Part shown: positions 1-14,880 of the stretch, piece by piece
How the letters are laid out: each line of letters begins with the position of its first letter
Position numbering within the stretch: the first letter of the stretch is position 1
NCBI RefSeq assembly: GCF_000400465.1
Contig: NW_008806284.1
Coordinates: 180,001-212,000, forward strand
Length of the DNA stretch: 32,000 bases
Direction: 5' to 3'
Origin: Wallemia ichthyophaga EXF-994
Taxonomy: Eukaryota > Fungi > Basidiomycota
Notes under the pieces: generated by a model
The model's input: only the letters and a program-made list of their open reading frames with translations
The model's database searches: none
What the model was told of the DNA's origin: nothing
Program-made: the position numbers and the translations under genes

Positions 1-175
1 GTATGAAGATGATAAGTCGTAAGGTATTGATGGATTATTTTGTATTGAAATGCTTGATAATCAAATTTTCATGAGATGATTTATAGAGTTAAATGATGAT
101 GAAGGAAGGAAAGATGACATTTGAGTAATACTGGCTTACTTTTAGTTATTTAAAAGACATAAATGGTTTCATAAG

Positions 176-804
176 ATGACAATCACGATTGAAACTGCGG
201 TTGGAGATAAAGGCGAGGTGTTTGAGGCGTGTTTAGGTATACGAATGAAGGGTCAGTAGGGAACACATGTGTGTGATTACAAGTTGAGATATATTCAGTA
301 TTCGTACAAGAACAAGGGTTTGTAGATGAGATTGATAAGTTAGTTTCTGCGTCGGGTGTTTTAAAGGCTTACGTGTATTTCAGTAATGAATCAGCTGCGA
401 TACACATACTAGCTTTAGATCAAGGTAAACCAGTTGGTACTGTTAGATTGGTGTTGAAGAATGAAGAGAAATGTAAATTAACAAGGTTGGCTGTGTTAAG
501 TGAATACAGTTAGTTATATTTCCTGCTGATGAATCCCTTTAAATCTTAAACACTTGAACTTACAGGAAAATTTAAACTTGGTGGAATGTTAATAGAGACA
601 CTGATAAACAAAGCAAGACAACTCCAATTGAAAGAGATTATCTGCCATTCTCAATTGCCTGTCGTTGGTCTCTATCAGAGGTATGTCACCCCCACTTGAC
701 TCATATTCCCGATGTCAATCCATCCCAGGTACGGGTTTCAAGTTTTTGGTGGTAAATTTGATGAGGATGGTGCACCACACCTTCCACTAAACTTGCACTT
801 GTAG
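176..804 (+). CDS. GNAT-family N-acetyltransferase (YjcF/ElaA-like), 5 exons; absent from the ORF track
   Basis: Spliced by hand using introns 252-298, 339-383, 509-565 and 681-728 (all GT..AG, 45-57 nt). Product: MTITIETAVGDKGEVFEACLGIRMKVFVQEQGFVDEIDNNESAAIHILALDQGKPVGTVRLVLKNEEKCKLTRLAVLSEYRKFKLGGMLIETLINKARQLQLKEIICHSQLPVVGLYQRYGFQVFGGKFDEDGAPHLPLNLHL*. It carries family motifs R..VFVxEQ, GTVRL, RLAVLxxYR, HSQ, YxxxGF and FxEDGxPH. Confidence 0.88.
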
Positions 805-881
805 ATAAATCAAAATTTTCAATTTTATCATCTAAATTTATGCCGCTGCTGACTTACATTCATCAGGAAAATAAAAAAATA

Positions 882-3800
882 ATGAGGGGCAAGAAGACGG
901 TAAAGCAGCCACAGCAGCCACAGCAGAGGCGTAGATCTTCAAGGAGCAGTGTAGTTCAACAGCGCAGGGATTCAATGGATAGCGCCAGTGCTAGTGCGAG
1001 TGGAGCTAGCACATCGACACCAACAAAGCCAGTATCACCGCATTCATCACCTATTATACAGAGAGTATTTAATACGACTTCAATACCTGCTATAGGCGCA
1101 TTACCCATTCAATTCGATCAAGAAGGTGATCCAATTCCTTATACAACAACAGCGAATTCTGCAACTGCAGGCAAATCTACAATCCCAATACCACCATCCC
1201 AGCCATTGGACTTGAATAGAGTTAGATTAGAAGCTCCACATGAGCCTAGTAGAACTAAGCACAGAATGTTCAATTTGCCTCATTGTCCTGTCTTCTATCC
1301 AACTGAACAGGAATGGAATCTTAACCCTTTTGAATACTTGGAATCCTTATCCGATAATCATAAGGCTTATGATTACGGTATTTGTAAGATTGTACCACCA
1401 CCCAACTGGAGACCTGAATTCAGCTTGGATTCCAGTAGATTTAGGTTTAGAAGCAGATCTCAGAAGCTAGACACTGTCACTGCTTCTGCTAGAGTCAAGC
1501 ATAATTACTCAAAGCAATTGTTTCGCTTCCATGACCAGAATGGCTCAAATTTATCACCTAATCCACACGTAGATCATCGCCCAATTGACCTTTATAAGCT
1601 CAAAGTTGATGTTGCTAGTTTGGGTGGTTTCGATATGGTTAGTTGGTTTAATCATCTTGATTCCCACTCATTTCCACTTTCACAGGTTGAAATCTCTAAC
1701 CAATGGTCACTCATCGCTAAAGAACACGGATTAAAAAAAGTCAAACCTTTCGTTCAACCTTTTAGACAAGCTTACATTGATTACATTAAGCCTTACGAGA
1801 CTTTTATCTCAACTTTCAAGGCTAAATCTGACAAGGATCGTCAAGGCGAAATTGATATGAGTTTTGATGACATGGACAACATCAAATATAGGCTCAATGG
1901 CGAAAACAGCTATGATGAAATCAACAAGTCCGAGATCAACAACGGCGGCGATCAAATATTGCAAAATGTCGACCTCGAACAGGGCTCGGCGCTCCCGAAA
2001 AGACTTGTTATGGATCAATCCCCACAAACTCCAATGATTGCGTCTCCTTCACCCAACAAATCAAGCATCAACTCCAAATATCACCCTTGCTCAAATTGTC
2101 AGCGCAAAGACAACGACGTAAAACTCCTCGAGTGCCATGAATGCGAGAAATTTTTCCATCTCAGTTGTCTCATCTACCCACTTAAGATGAAACCTGCAGT
2201 TAGTGAATGGTTCTGCGATGGTTGTCTTTATGGTAGTGGTGAATACGGTTTCGACGAAGGTGAAGACCACTGCCTCGCCAGTTTCCAAGCACGTGATGAA
2301 GAATTCAGAAAGTTTTGGTTCGAGACACACCCACCACTGATGAAGGGCCGTGTCGCACCTAATGGTATTGAGCAGCGCCTTGGCAATCGCATAGTCTCCG
2401 AAGACGACGTTGAGAAAGAGTTCTGGAGGCTCGTTGACTGTCCTGAAGAAACAGTACAGACTGAGTATGGAGCTGATATTCACACTACGGAAACAGGCAG
2501 TGCTTTTCCTACTCTCAAGACCAACCCCACAAGTAAATACGCCACTAGTGGATGGAATCTAGAAAACATGCCAGGATATGAAGGCTCAATTTTGAGTTAC
2601 ATTAAGAGCGATGTTAGTGGAATGACCGTGCCTTGGATTTACGTTGGCATGATGTTTTCTACTTTCTGCTGGCACAATGAGGACCACTATACTTACTCTG
2701 TCAACTACATGCACTGGGGTGAAACCAAGACGTGGTACGGCGTGCCTGGAAAGGATCATGAGGCTTTCGAAGAAGCTATGAGGAATTCTGCACCTGATCT
2801 TTTTAAACAGCAACCAGACCTTCTCCTTCAGTTAGTCACTCTTGGTAACCCCGGTCAACTTAAGGAGGCTGGTGTACCTATGTATGTATGCGACCAACGT
2901 CCAAATGAGTTTGTTATTACGTTCCCGCGAGCTTTCCACTGTGGCTTTAACCATGGGCTGAATTTCAACGAGGCTGTTAATTTCGCACTCCCTGATTGGA
3001 TTCCTGAAGGAAAAGCATGTGTGGAGAAATACAGATCTCTCAAGCGCAATCCCATTTTCTCGCACGATGAGCTGCTCATTACTATACTCAATAAAGGATT
3101 CGAGGACTCGACTTGGATATATCTCAAGGATGCCGTACTTGATATGCTCAACGACGAGGTTGAAAGTAGGAGGCGGTTTGCAACAATTGGAGGGAGTGTG
3201 GAGGCAGTCGAAAGATATGTCAATGAGGATGATTACCAATGCTGCAACTGTCGCGCTTATACGTATCTCTCACAGCTATTCGATAAAGAAACCAAGAAGA
3301 TATATTGTCACAAACATTTTGACACTTTCGTCGAGAATACCCAGCCAGATAATAGACTGATGAGAGTCAGATACAGTGACGAGGAATTGGATAGCTTTGC
3401 AAAGATTGTGACCGATCACAAGCAGCAGAATCCGGAATGGATTAATAGCACTAAAGAGCTATTGGGCAGTGAAATGAAGCATAAACTACAAGACCTCAAG
3501 AATCATCTTAAAGGAGCAGTTGGAGTTCCGCAGCGTTCACCAGAGTACGCTCAATTAAAAAGCCTTATACGTGAAGCTGAATTGTGGATCTTCCAAGCAA
3601 ACAACTTCTGGCTAATGAGACAGAATGAGCCTTTTGATATGAGGGACACATTCGACGGTAACACTAGCAAATTTAACAAGTACGAAACGTTAACAGCTTT
3701 GGTGTACTCGCCACTCAGACAGAGAATCGACGTTGATACGTATTTTCAACATTTATACTCTTTAGAGAAGATCAAAGAGGAGCTTGACTGGGTGATTGAG

Positions 3801-5877
3801 ACGTGTGGAAAATACTCTCGCACTACCGTCATTGATGCACACAATAAACCAGAATTCGAAAGGGTGTTGCAGGTACTAGAATGGGCCAATGTGAGGGGTA
3901 TGAGTCAATGTCAACAGATGTATTATATCAAGAGAACACTCGAATGGTTCGACGCGGTAGCTGACTTGAGTGCTGTAAAGTATGCACAACAAGTAGACGC
4001 CCTTCTTCAGGAATCTGTAATGCTGCAGCTCGATTTTCACCCTCAGGTCGATCTGCTCAAGGTGCTGAAAGCATCAGGTTTCACATGGCGCTCAAAGGCC
4101 CTCAAATTGTGCTCTCACGTCGCCATCTCTCCAGAGGAAGTCCAGAAGTTGCTCAATGAAAACGAGATTAAAGACGAAAATCTGGAAGCAGATTTCGAGC
4201 GGATGATGGTGTTTAATGGTCATGTGCGTAACGCTCTCGATCATAATGTCGACAGCCTTAGCCATGATGGAGCCTTCTTGGAAAATGCCAAGACGGAGCT
4301 CGAATTCGTTAAGAAATATCGTTTCAAAGTGAAGAACTACAAGAATTTCGACATGCTGATGAAGCTCTATGAGACGTTTATACGGAAATTGAGCAACGCA
4401 CTGCGCATCGATCTCGTTGGTTTTGACGAGCTGAAGTTGGAGAAGCAGGCACAGTTCGAGATAGAGAAGGTAAGTATGATTGGGAAAGATGCTTATCGTT
4501 TCTGACTGTTTGATCACAGTTACATAAACGACTACTCGAGCGCACTAACACTGCAGATGGCACCGAACGCATGTGTGTGTGTAGAGCAGAGAAGACCAAC
4601 GTAAACGAAAGTGATGATAATGTGATGGATTGTAATACCTGCGGTGTGGCTTTCCACAAGGCTTGTCTGCCAGATGGGCACTTAGCAGCACAGACAAATG
4701 ACACATTCGATTGTCTGGTTTGCAAACCGGTTGTCAAAACAATTGACCAGGACGACCTTCCTAATTACAAGCAACTCGCATCGATCAGAAAGAACAGCAT
4801 CGATGGCTACTACGACAAAGTCAGAGTACGTACCGTACCTGTGAAGTGTTTAGTCGATATTTATGAAAGGTGTGAGGGCGACGGTTATATAAAGATGCTA
4901 GGGGAAGCTTCTGCCTCGGAAGATATTGGAGTCTTGCGCAATACCGCTCTTACGCTTTTAGGACTCGGTGTCACATTCGAAGGCTTCGACCCAGCTGTGT
5001 TGATAGACAAGATCCACACTCTCAGCGCGGGTAAGAAGAGGAAGTCAGAGGTGAATGCAAATGGCTTTGATGACCCATGGGCAAGGACGCAAGGACGCAC
5101 GCGCAGACCCAAGTTTCTCTTCCATCAAGATCCACCAACGGTGAACGAAGCGGATGACAAAGGCATAGTGAAGCATTGTATATGCCAGAAATTCAAGGAC
5201 AAAGTACAAAATCAGATTAGTACAATGATTTTGGGATGCGATAGATGTAAGAATTGGTTCCACGTTGAGTGTATGGGCGGCGCCCATCAGCTGGAGAGGC
5301 TCTCTGGTCAGAAATTCAATTGTCCGTGCTGCTCGCTCAAGTTTGGTAGATCGTTCCAGTTTATTCCAGTGTTAGTACAGGATCAGGGTAAGTAATGTGG
5401 TGCTGCGTGTAGATAGAAAAGCCTAACACACAAGCAGTCGACATTGGTAGCAGCATATACGTCGATATTGGCCAGACTGTGAAAGCATTAAACCATCTAG
5501 TCAAGTTCGAGGCTGCGCCAAAATTGGTGGATGAAACCGTTATCGTGTTGCATCTGCATAAGTTTATTATAGGTGCAATTGAGCTGCCTACTCAGAGCAA
5601 CGTTTCAAACAAGAGCGCTATGAGCACGCCGGATTCTACCGTGGACGGTGTTAAGAGGAGAAAAATCAAGGAAGAGCCTGATCAGCAGGAACAGCAGGAA
5701 CAACAGGAGCAGCAGGAAGAGCTAGAACAAGAAGAAGAAGAAAATCAGGAACAACAAGAGCAGCAACAGGAACAGCAATCAGCAGCACGTACAACACGCA
5801 TCGGTAAAATCACAGGATGGCACCCTGCTGGTGATAACAGCGATATGGGAAGCGTAGATATAGAAATCTCAGTATAA
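882..5877 (+). CDS. KDM5: KDM5/JARID1 (Lid2/Jhd2-like) histone H3K4 demethylase
   Basis: Domains in order: JmjN (PVFYPT..W..YGICKIVPP), ARID (PIDLYKLK..VASLGGF), PHD1 (CSNC..CHEC..FHLSC..WFCDGC), JmjC with Fe ligands HNED and FHCGFNHG, a reduced C5HC2 finger, a PLU-1-like helical region, PHD2 (CVC..CNTC..FHKAC..CLVC) and PHD3 (CIC..CDRC..WFHVEC..CPCC). Introns 4470-4519 and 5388-5437 join the ORFs in frame; 1638-1685 is a probable in-frame intron. ATG 882 is preferred over 840. Confidence 0.93.
5683..5778 (+). repeat. Coding low-complexity CAG/CAA/GAA/GAG repeat (Q/E tract) in the KDM5 C-terminus
   Basis: cagcaggaacagcaggaacaacaggagcagcaggaagag...cagcaacaggaacagcaa encodes QQEQQEQQEQQEELEQEEEENQEQQEQQQEQQ. 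Confidence 0.85.
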
Positions 5878-5972
5878 AGAAAATAAATTTAAATTATTTC
5901 ACATAACTCTTGTATTTCTGTAATCTATCTTTTAGCAATTGACGTCCATCTTCAAAGTCACAGGAGATATCG

Positions 5973-8841
5973 ATGGAAAGAGAAGGCGATGACGACGGCA
6001 ACGGCAGCAAATTGGATTCGGCCGATGGATCCAACAGTCCGAATCCACCACAGTCTGCGGAGCTTAGCAGTCCACCAAAGGAAGCAGACAAGGCTCCAAA
6101 GACCGACTCACACGACTCACGCGACCTCCAACAACGCGACAGCGGGATATCTCCGAAAGACCCCAGCTCTAGTCCACCGCCTTCAGACGCTGCTCGACGT
6201 GTCAAGATATATAAGCTCACTACCCAAGACTGGGTCGATCATGGCACTGGGTTTTGCACGGGAATCTACGACTCAGACCACGACGAGGCGATGCTTGTCG
6301 TTACCAACGAAGACAACCAAGATCAGGTACTCCTCAATCATCATATAAGTCCCGCCGATATATACTCGCGGCAGCAAGATACTTTGATAGTATGGACAGA
6401 GTCTGATGGCACTGACTGTGCTCTCTCTTTCCAGGAAGCTGATGGCTGTCTCGAAATGTGGGACTTCATCTCCCAGGTCCAGCGACACGTTCAGAAGGCT
6501 GATGATTATCCGTATATCATCGATTCACCCGTCCAGCGGAGACAAAAATCGAGTCAAAAACTTAACCTGCCGCCGGAACGTCCAGACTTGGGAAATTTGG
6601 AAGACGTGTGCTTCTGTATAAAGGAGTGCCTTACTAGGACCATCACCAACATGCATCAAAAAGAACGGTTCATCACTTGGCTCATTAACAATAATTACAT
6701 CGCTCAGCTTATTTCAGTTTTCAATCAAGCTGAGGACCTAGAAGCACTGAGCGAATTGCACGTACTGTGCACTATCTTCCATCAGCTATGTGAGACGTCT
6801 TCTTTACCTCGTGGATGATTACTCACACTGTCTCACAGTATCGGCAAATGATAGCGTTGTTTTTGAGTATGTCCTTTCCGATGATATATTCTTGGGCATG
6901 TGCGGTGTGTTGGAGTATGACCCTGAGTATCCTACTCTCAAAGCATCGTATCGACTCGATCTCACTACGACATCGCGATACAAAGAAGTAGTGCAGATCA
7001 ATGACCTAGGCTTGAAGTCTAAGATACATCAGACCTACCGTCTCCTATACCTCAAAGACGTAATTTTGGCGAGAACTCTAGACGACTCGACTTTCACTTT
7101 ACTCAATTCATTCGTCTATTATAACCAGATCGATATCATAAAACATATCCAAAACGATAAGGATTTCCTCGATAGGTTGTTTGGGATCTTCAGCGATTCA
7201 TCAAGTGATACTGTCGATCCGCCACCTACTTTACGTCAAGATGCAGTCTTGTTCCTTAGGGATTTATGCACGATGGGCAAAAACGTACAGATACAGACAA
7301 GGCAGGAGCTTTATAGGGCGTTAGTCAATCGAAACTTATTGAACGTTTGCAAATGGTCAATCAAGAGGAGTGAACCGATCTTGCATAATACTGGGTCAGA
7401 AATCCTAATGATCGTCATTGACAATGAGCCTAATACTGTCAGACTTTATATTCTCAACGAAGCAAATTCGACAAAGGAGAAATCCAAGGAGAATTACACA
7501 CTAATGCAGGAGATGTGCTTTAGCTTGGATAGCAGTAGAGATCTAGGATATAGGAATCAAATAGCTGAGGCTATCAGATTGCTTCTCGAGCCGCCGCTAT
7601 CTGCGTCAGAAGCTGCGTGGACAGTCGCTAAACCTAAGGCTGATCCTACGAGTGATGAGTTCCTCAGCTATTTCTATGATACATGTATCAATGGACTCTT
7701 CAAGCCACTGCTCGATATTCCTGACATATCTCTACATGAAGGTAAGTGAGGACATATTATAGTTGACGCAATCTAACTATATCAAAGCACCTCCTCAACT
7801 TGACTTTGACAAAGCCACTCTAGCGCTTGCTCTCTGCGATCTCCTGTCTTTCTTCGTCTTGAATCATCACTTCAGAGCACAATACTTTATCCTCCAAACG
7901 CCTATCTCGGCTAAGATAGTACAATTACTGCGCGTCAAGCAGAAGTATTTGAGGCTTGGTGGGTTATTTATTAAAATTACGGTCTTTGCTGATATAGTTT
8001 AGCCGCATTGCGATACCTCCGCGCTTGCGTCTCGCTCAATAATGAGTTTATAGTGCGGTACATCGATAAGCAGGACATATTCAAACCAATGCTCGATGTT
8101 GCTCTAAGAGAGGGCCGTAAGGATAACCTGATCAGCGCTTCTATTCTGGATCTTTTTGAAACAATTCGAAGAATTAATAACAGGACGATGATTAATAGTC
8201 TAGTTGGAAATCATGAGGACGATGTGAAGCAATTGATTAAATACCCCCTACTGAGTGAATTATTCACTAAATTGTACTACAGATGGGAGCAGCTCAATGA
8301 ACCAGCCCAGCCAGAGGCGTCAACGAGCACCGTGATTGATAATTCGGGCGGGTTCATTCGTGAACGAAAATCAAGTGATGCAACAGCTGAGGATGACTAC
8401 TTTAATAAGGATGACGGTGAAGATGAGGCTCGTAATTATATAAACGACGATCCTGGCGGAGGAGGATTAGGGCCAGGGTCGGGTTCGCATAAAGTAACGC
8501 ATCAATCACTTAACAACACGCCGACTGCCACGTCGACAAGTCTTGTCGATTACATGGATGAAGACGAGGAAGAGAATACACGGCCTTTACCTGAAACACC
8601 TAAAAAAGAAGAGGAGGAAGAGGAGAAGCAGGAGCAGGGAGAGAAAGAAAAGCCAGCTGAGGATCGACTTACACAAATGGAAGTGAAGCTGTCGGAGAAG
8701 AGGCAGCGCGAAGATGATGAAGATGACCAGGTTGCTCAGTTGATGCATAGTAAGAAACGACTCTCACCGAATGTTAGTGAGACTCAGACTAATGATGATA
8801 AATGTTCAACGAGTAGTTCGAATAATAGTGTCAGCAGTTAA
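5973..8841 (+). CDS. PSY2: Protein phosphatase 4 regulatory subunit 3 (Psy2/SMK-1/PP4R3), 4 exons
   Basis: N-terminal EVH1-like RRVKIYKL...DWVDHGTGFC; YSRQQDTLIVWTE..CALSFQEADGC; SMK-1 region GVLEYDPEYP and KIHQTYRLLYLKDVILAR; LRLAALRYLRAC after splicing; acidic tail. Introns 6790-6838, 7742-7787 and 7959-8002 join the four ORFs in frame. Confidence 0.93.
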
Positions 8842-8999
8842 TGATTAATTCCTATAACATTTATACACATATTTATTGTCATTGCCGATATTGCCGCCAT
8901 TATGTTTGATAAAATACCATTTAAGTAACTTCTAAAGCCTTTAAATGCCTTGAGCTAAAGGATTACGACATTCTTGGATCTGAAGACACCTTGTTGTTT

Positions 9000-11292
9000 A
9001 TGACCACCAACACGGAATGTATAAATGCTTATTCCGAGATCTACAAATATCCCAAGAGGAGGCACTTAAATCAAAACTCTCATAGTGAAAATATCGACGC
9101 CACCACTCAATCTCTCCCTTCGAAATCACAGCCGTCGACTTCGACCCACGCCGCAACCGTATCGGGAATTTCATCACCATCCAACGGCACCAAACTTAAA
9201 GACAGAGTTTTGTCTAGGCTAGCTTGGTCAAAGAGGGAGGATATACCATCACTGTTTGATGAGCGTGCTTCCGTTAAGTTCGCATTAGATAGGTGCTATG
9301 ACTGGGAGGAGAGTATTGCGATATACAAAGACAACCGCGTGGAAATCTACGGTGATCATTCAATGCCATTCAGGATGAGCAAAGAAGTCAAGTTGAGCGT
9401 CGATTTACAATCAAATGGCACCAGCGTCAGCTTGTACTCCGCCACAGATTTCTGTCTCTGTATACGCACCTCACCGCCTAAACACCATTTACCCAGACGA
9501 TACGCTGGTACTAATCTTATTTTCCTCAAATTCAAGACTATCAAGATTGCCAAGACGTGGTTATGGACAATGTGGACAATTAAGAATTCAAACAAACTTC
9601 CAAAAGAATTAGATGTCAAGCTGCCAGCTCTTGGTTCCCACGTCAGGTTCCCAATCGACTTTACTGATCACAATGATGTCAATAGCCACGCGATAGTTGC
9701 AAGATGTAGAAACATACTTACTAGAATGGACATCAGAGGTGTCACTCCAGAAAAATCTACACAAACAGGCTTCTCATTATGCTGGCGTAGAGGTAAGTTC
9801 GGTCTAGAGTGGTTGAGTAACCAAGCTACGTACGAAGAGATTCTCGTTGGTTGTTGCATGCTCCAAACTCAGGTATTTCCAAAATTGGAACTAAGAAGAC
9901 GAGCATTTGAAAAAGTTGGCATTAAATACGACGCCAACACCACACTATACCCTCCTCAACCAGTTGAAGGCCATCTCAGTAGAATAACGCTGATATCACA
10001 AAAAAGAGTAAAGACATACCTCAGTACACATGATTCTCTTATTTTCGTGCTCAAAAATACAACAGCGTCGCTGAAAGCATCACATGATGATGAGTTAGAC
10101 AAGATGCGTTGCTGTAGACAGATCAGAGAGGCTGTTGGTTTCATTGATATGGGACATATCGTATCAATTAGAAGGATTTTTGAGAGTCCAAAACGTAAAG
10201 ACGAATACCCGATCTATATCGACGACAAGCTCCACAACGGCGATAAGGTCTGGGACAAGCATGAGGAGGGTGACGAAGGAAGTGAAGAAGTGTTTGGAAA
10301 ACTATCTCAGAATGAGAAGAACGAGCTACATACAAGGAGGCAATTTGGACTGGAGTTAGTCTCTGGTCACTTTGCCAAGTTTGAAGTGAGTATCGGGAAT
10401 TTTAAGTTTCCGCATAGGCTAATCTTCAACAGGCACCCTCAGTTAAGCTTTGCTTAGAATGGATTGTAAGCTTAGGAGAGTTATGCTCGTATTGGAATAA
10501 ACGAACGAGAACAGACGCAAATCTGTTGATGGAAATATCGAATTGCGGACTAGCTGCACCTCATGCTGCAAACGCAATCAATCAACTAGTCGTACCGACG
10601 AATATACCCCATAATGATGATGACGGACCAGCTGTTGAAGATCCAGATGCCGGTGCACCGCTCCTATCACAGCTTTGGAACTGGAGTGTACTTGAGAACA
10701 TCAAACCTATAGTGAAAATCGGAAAATGCTTTATGAGGAAGTCTTTTAGAGGATCTTGGAGGTGGGAGCATTACAATCGCATGTTGCTACTTCTGACAGT
10801 TGCAATAGTGAATACATACTTATTCTTACTGCTGATGGAATGCTACATAGATGGCAGATAGCCCCACTCAATCCATCGAAAAGTAAGAAAGCCAATGAGA
10901 TACTTAATAGAAAAAAGTCTTCAATAAGTCTTTATCACGCATTCGTATTAACATCAGATGATTTGATACTCGTTAATTCCAGCGACGAGATACAGACACC
11001 AACAAAAGGGCTGCGAATGTCATCAAGGAGAGCAGCTAAAGCTCCTGATAGACTGTATGACGATGGACTTATCGCATGTGAATCTGAACCCTCAGACCTG
11101 GCATTCATGCTGTGGTGCAGACCTAAGTCGAAGAAGGCTATTGATTGCTTGGATAAGGACGCGGATAAATTCGAAGTTAGAACTAGATCAAGGTTGGAGA
11201 GGGATCACTGGTGCTGGTGTTTGGAATCAATTATTGATAGAATCTCAGAAGAAAACAATGATGTTTTTAGAAACGTTTCTGGGATTTCCTAA
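9000..11292 (+). CDS. SPO71: Spo71/Mug56-like PH-domain protein, 3 exons; start codon uncertain
   Basis: WLWTMW, LEWL, LELR, PxPVEGHLxRI, FEAPS..EWI..L..L..YW..R...D (after splicing), LWNWSVL, and C-terminal FEVRTRSRLERDHWCWCL match the Spo71 PH repeats as I recall them. Introns 10386-10432 and 10762-10808 keep the frame. The frame is open from 8925 and the first in-frame ATG is at 9000. Confidence 0.75.
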
Positions 11293-11332
11293 TGTGTTTT
11301 GTATTTGTACATTTCTTTTTAACTATACATCC

Positions 11333-14361
<3,029 letters not shown>

Positions 14362-14387
14362 TCCACACTACACCGTCATCGACGTGA

Positions 14388-14717
14388 TTAAAGCGATAGA
14401 TATAGTATAATACAAATTAATATTCCGATAAAATTAATTTGCGTGGGTGGTATAGCGCTCGTAGCATGTGAAATTGTCGTGCAGCTTGTGTTTGCGATTG
14501 AATACGTGTGCAAGCTAGCCTTCAGTTGGGTGGTGTTGTAGTAGTAACAAGTCGGTTGAGTGTGATTCTGGCATTCGGTACTTTGAAAATCTCCGCCAAC
14601 GGCGCTGCAGGCCATCTTTATAGCCTGGCGCCGTATTTCCGAATCGTTAGGCGTATACACGAAAAAGGTGCCTGTGCACCCCCTATCGCCGTCGTCGAAG
14701 CATGTAGAGCTTTCCAT
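14388..14717 (-). CDS. Small hypothetical Cys-containing protein with a hydrophobic C-terminal tail (GPI- or tail-anchor-like)
   Basis: 109-aa ORF with 6 Cys before the tail, four N-x-S/T sequons (NDS, NHT, NTT, NTS), an S/T-rich spacer and terminal INFIGILICIILYLSL*. No signal peptide is visible. An alternative model uses ATG 14815 with intron 14710-14774. Confidence 0.55.
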   Translation of the reverse strand: MESSTCFDDGDRGCTGTFFVYTPNDSEIRRQAIKMACSAVGGDFQSTECQNHTQPTCYYYNTTQLKASLHTYSIANTSCTTISHATSAIPPTQINFIGILICIILYLSL

Positions 14718-14880
14718 TTAGTGGTGCAACTGCGAACGCGTCAGCCTTATTACCGCTGCCAATTTCCTGCCTACTATCCCAGTCCCACTTTGCGGTTTGG
14801 TGTGATGAGCAACATATAAAATGCCTGGACGAACGTAATTGATCTCAGGAACCGAATTAGAGATACAAATTTGACCGATT

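Noticed and set aside
1-175. Possible coding fragment at the left edge
   Set aside because: I saw no convincing open frame or motif. Treated as upstream sequence of the GNAT gene.
840-881. Upstream ATG extending KDM5 by 14 aa
   Set aside because: Only 35 bp after the GNAT stop, and the extension runs through an A-rich UTR-like tract. ATG 882 fits better, though 840 is not excluded.
4505-5479. Apparent stops splitting KDM5, and likewise PSY2, SPO71, PEX6, the MFS genes and AFG1, suggesting pseudogenes
   Set aside because: Each break is explained by a canonical short GT-AG intron that restores the frame and the conserved motifs.
14508-14819. 103-aa plus-strand ORF opposite the orphan ORF
   Set aside because: No motifs. 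The minus-strand frame has far more protein-like features.
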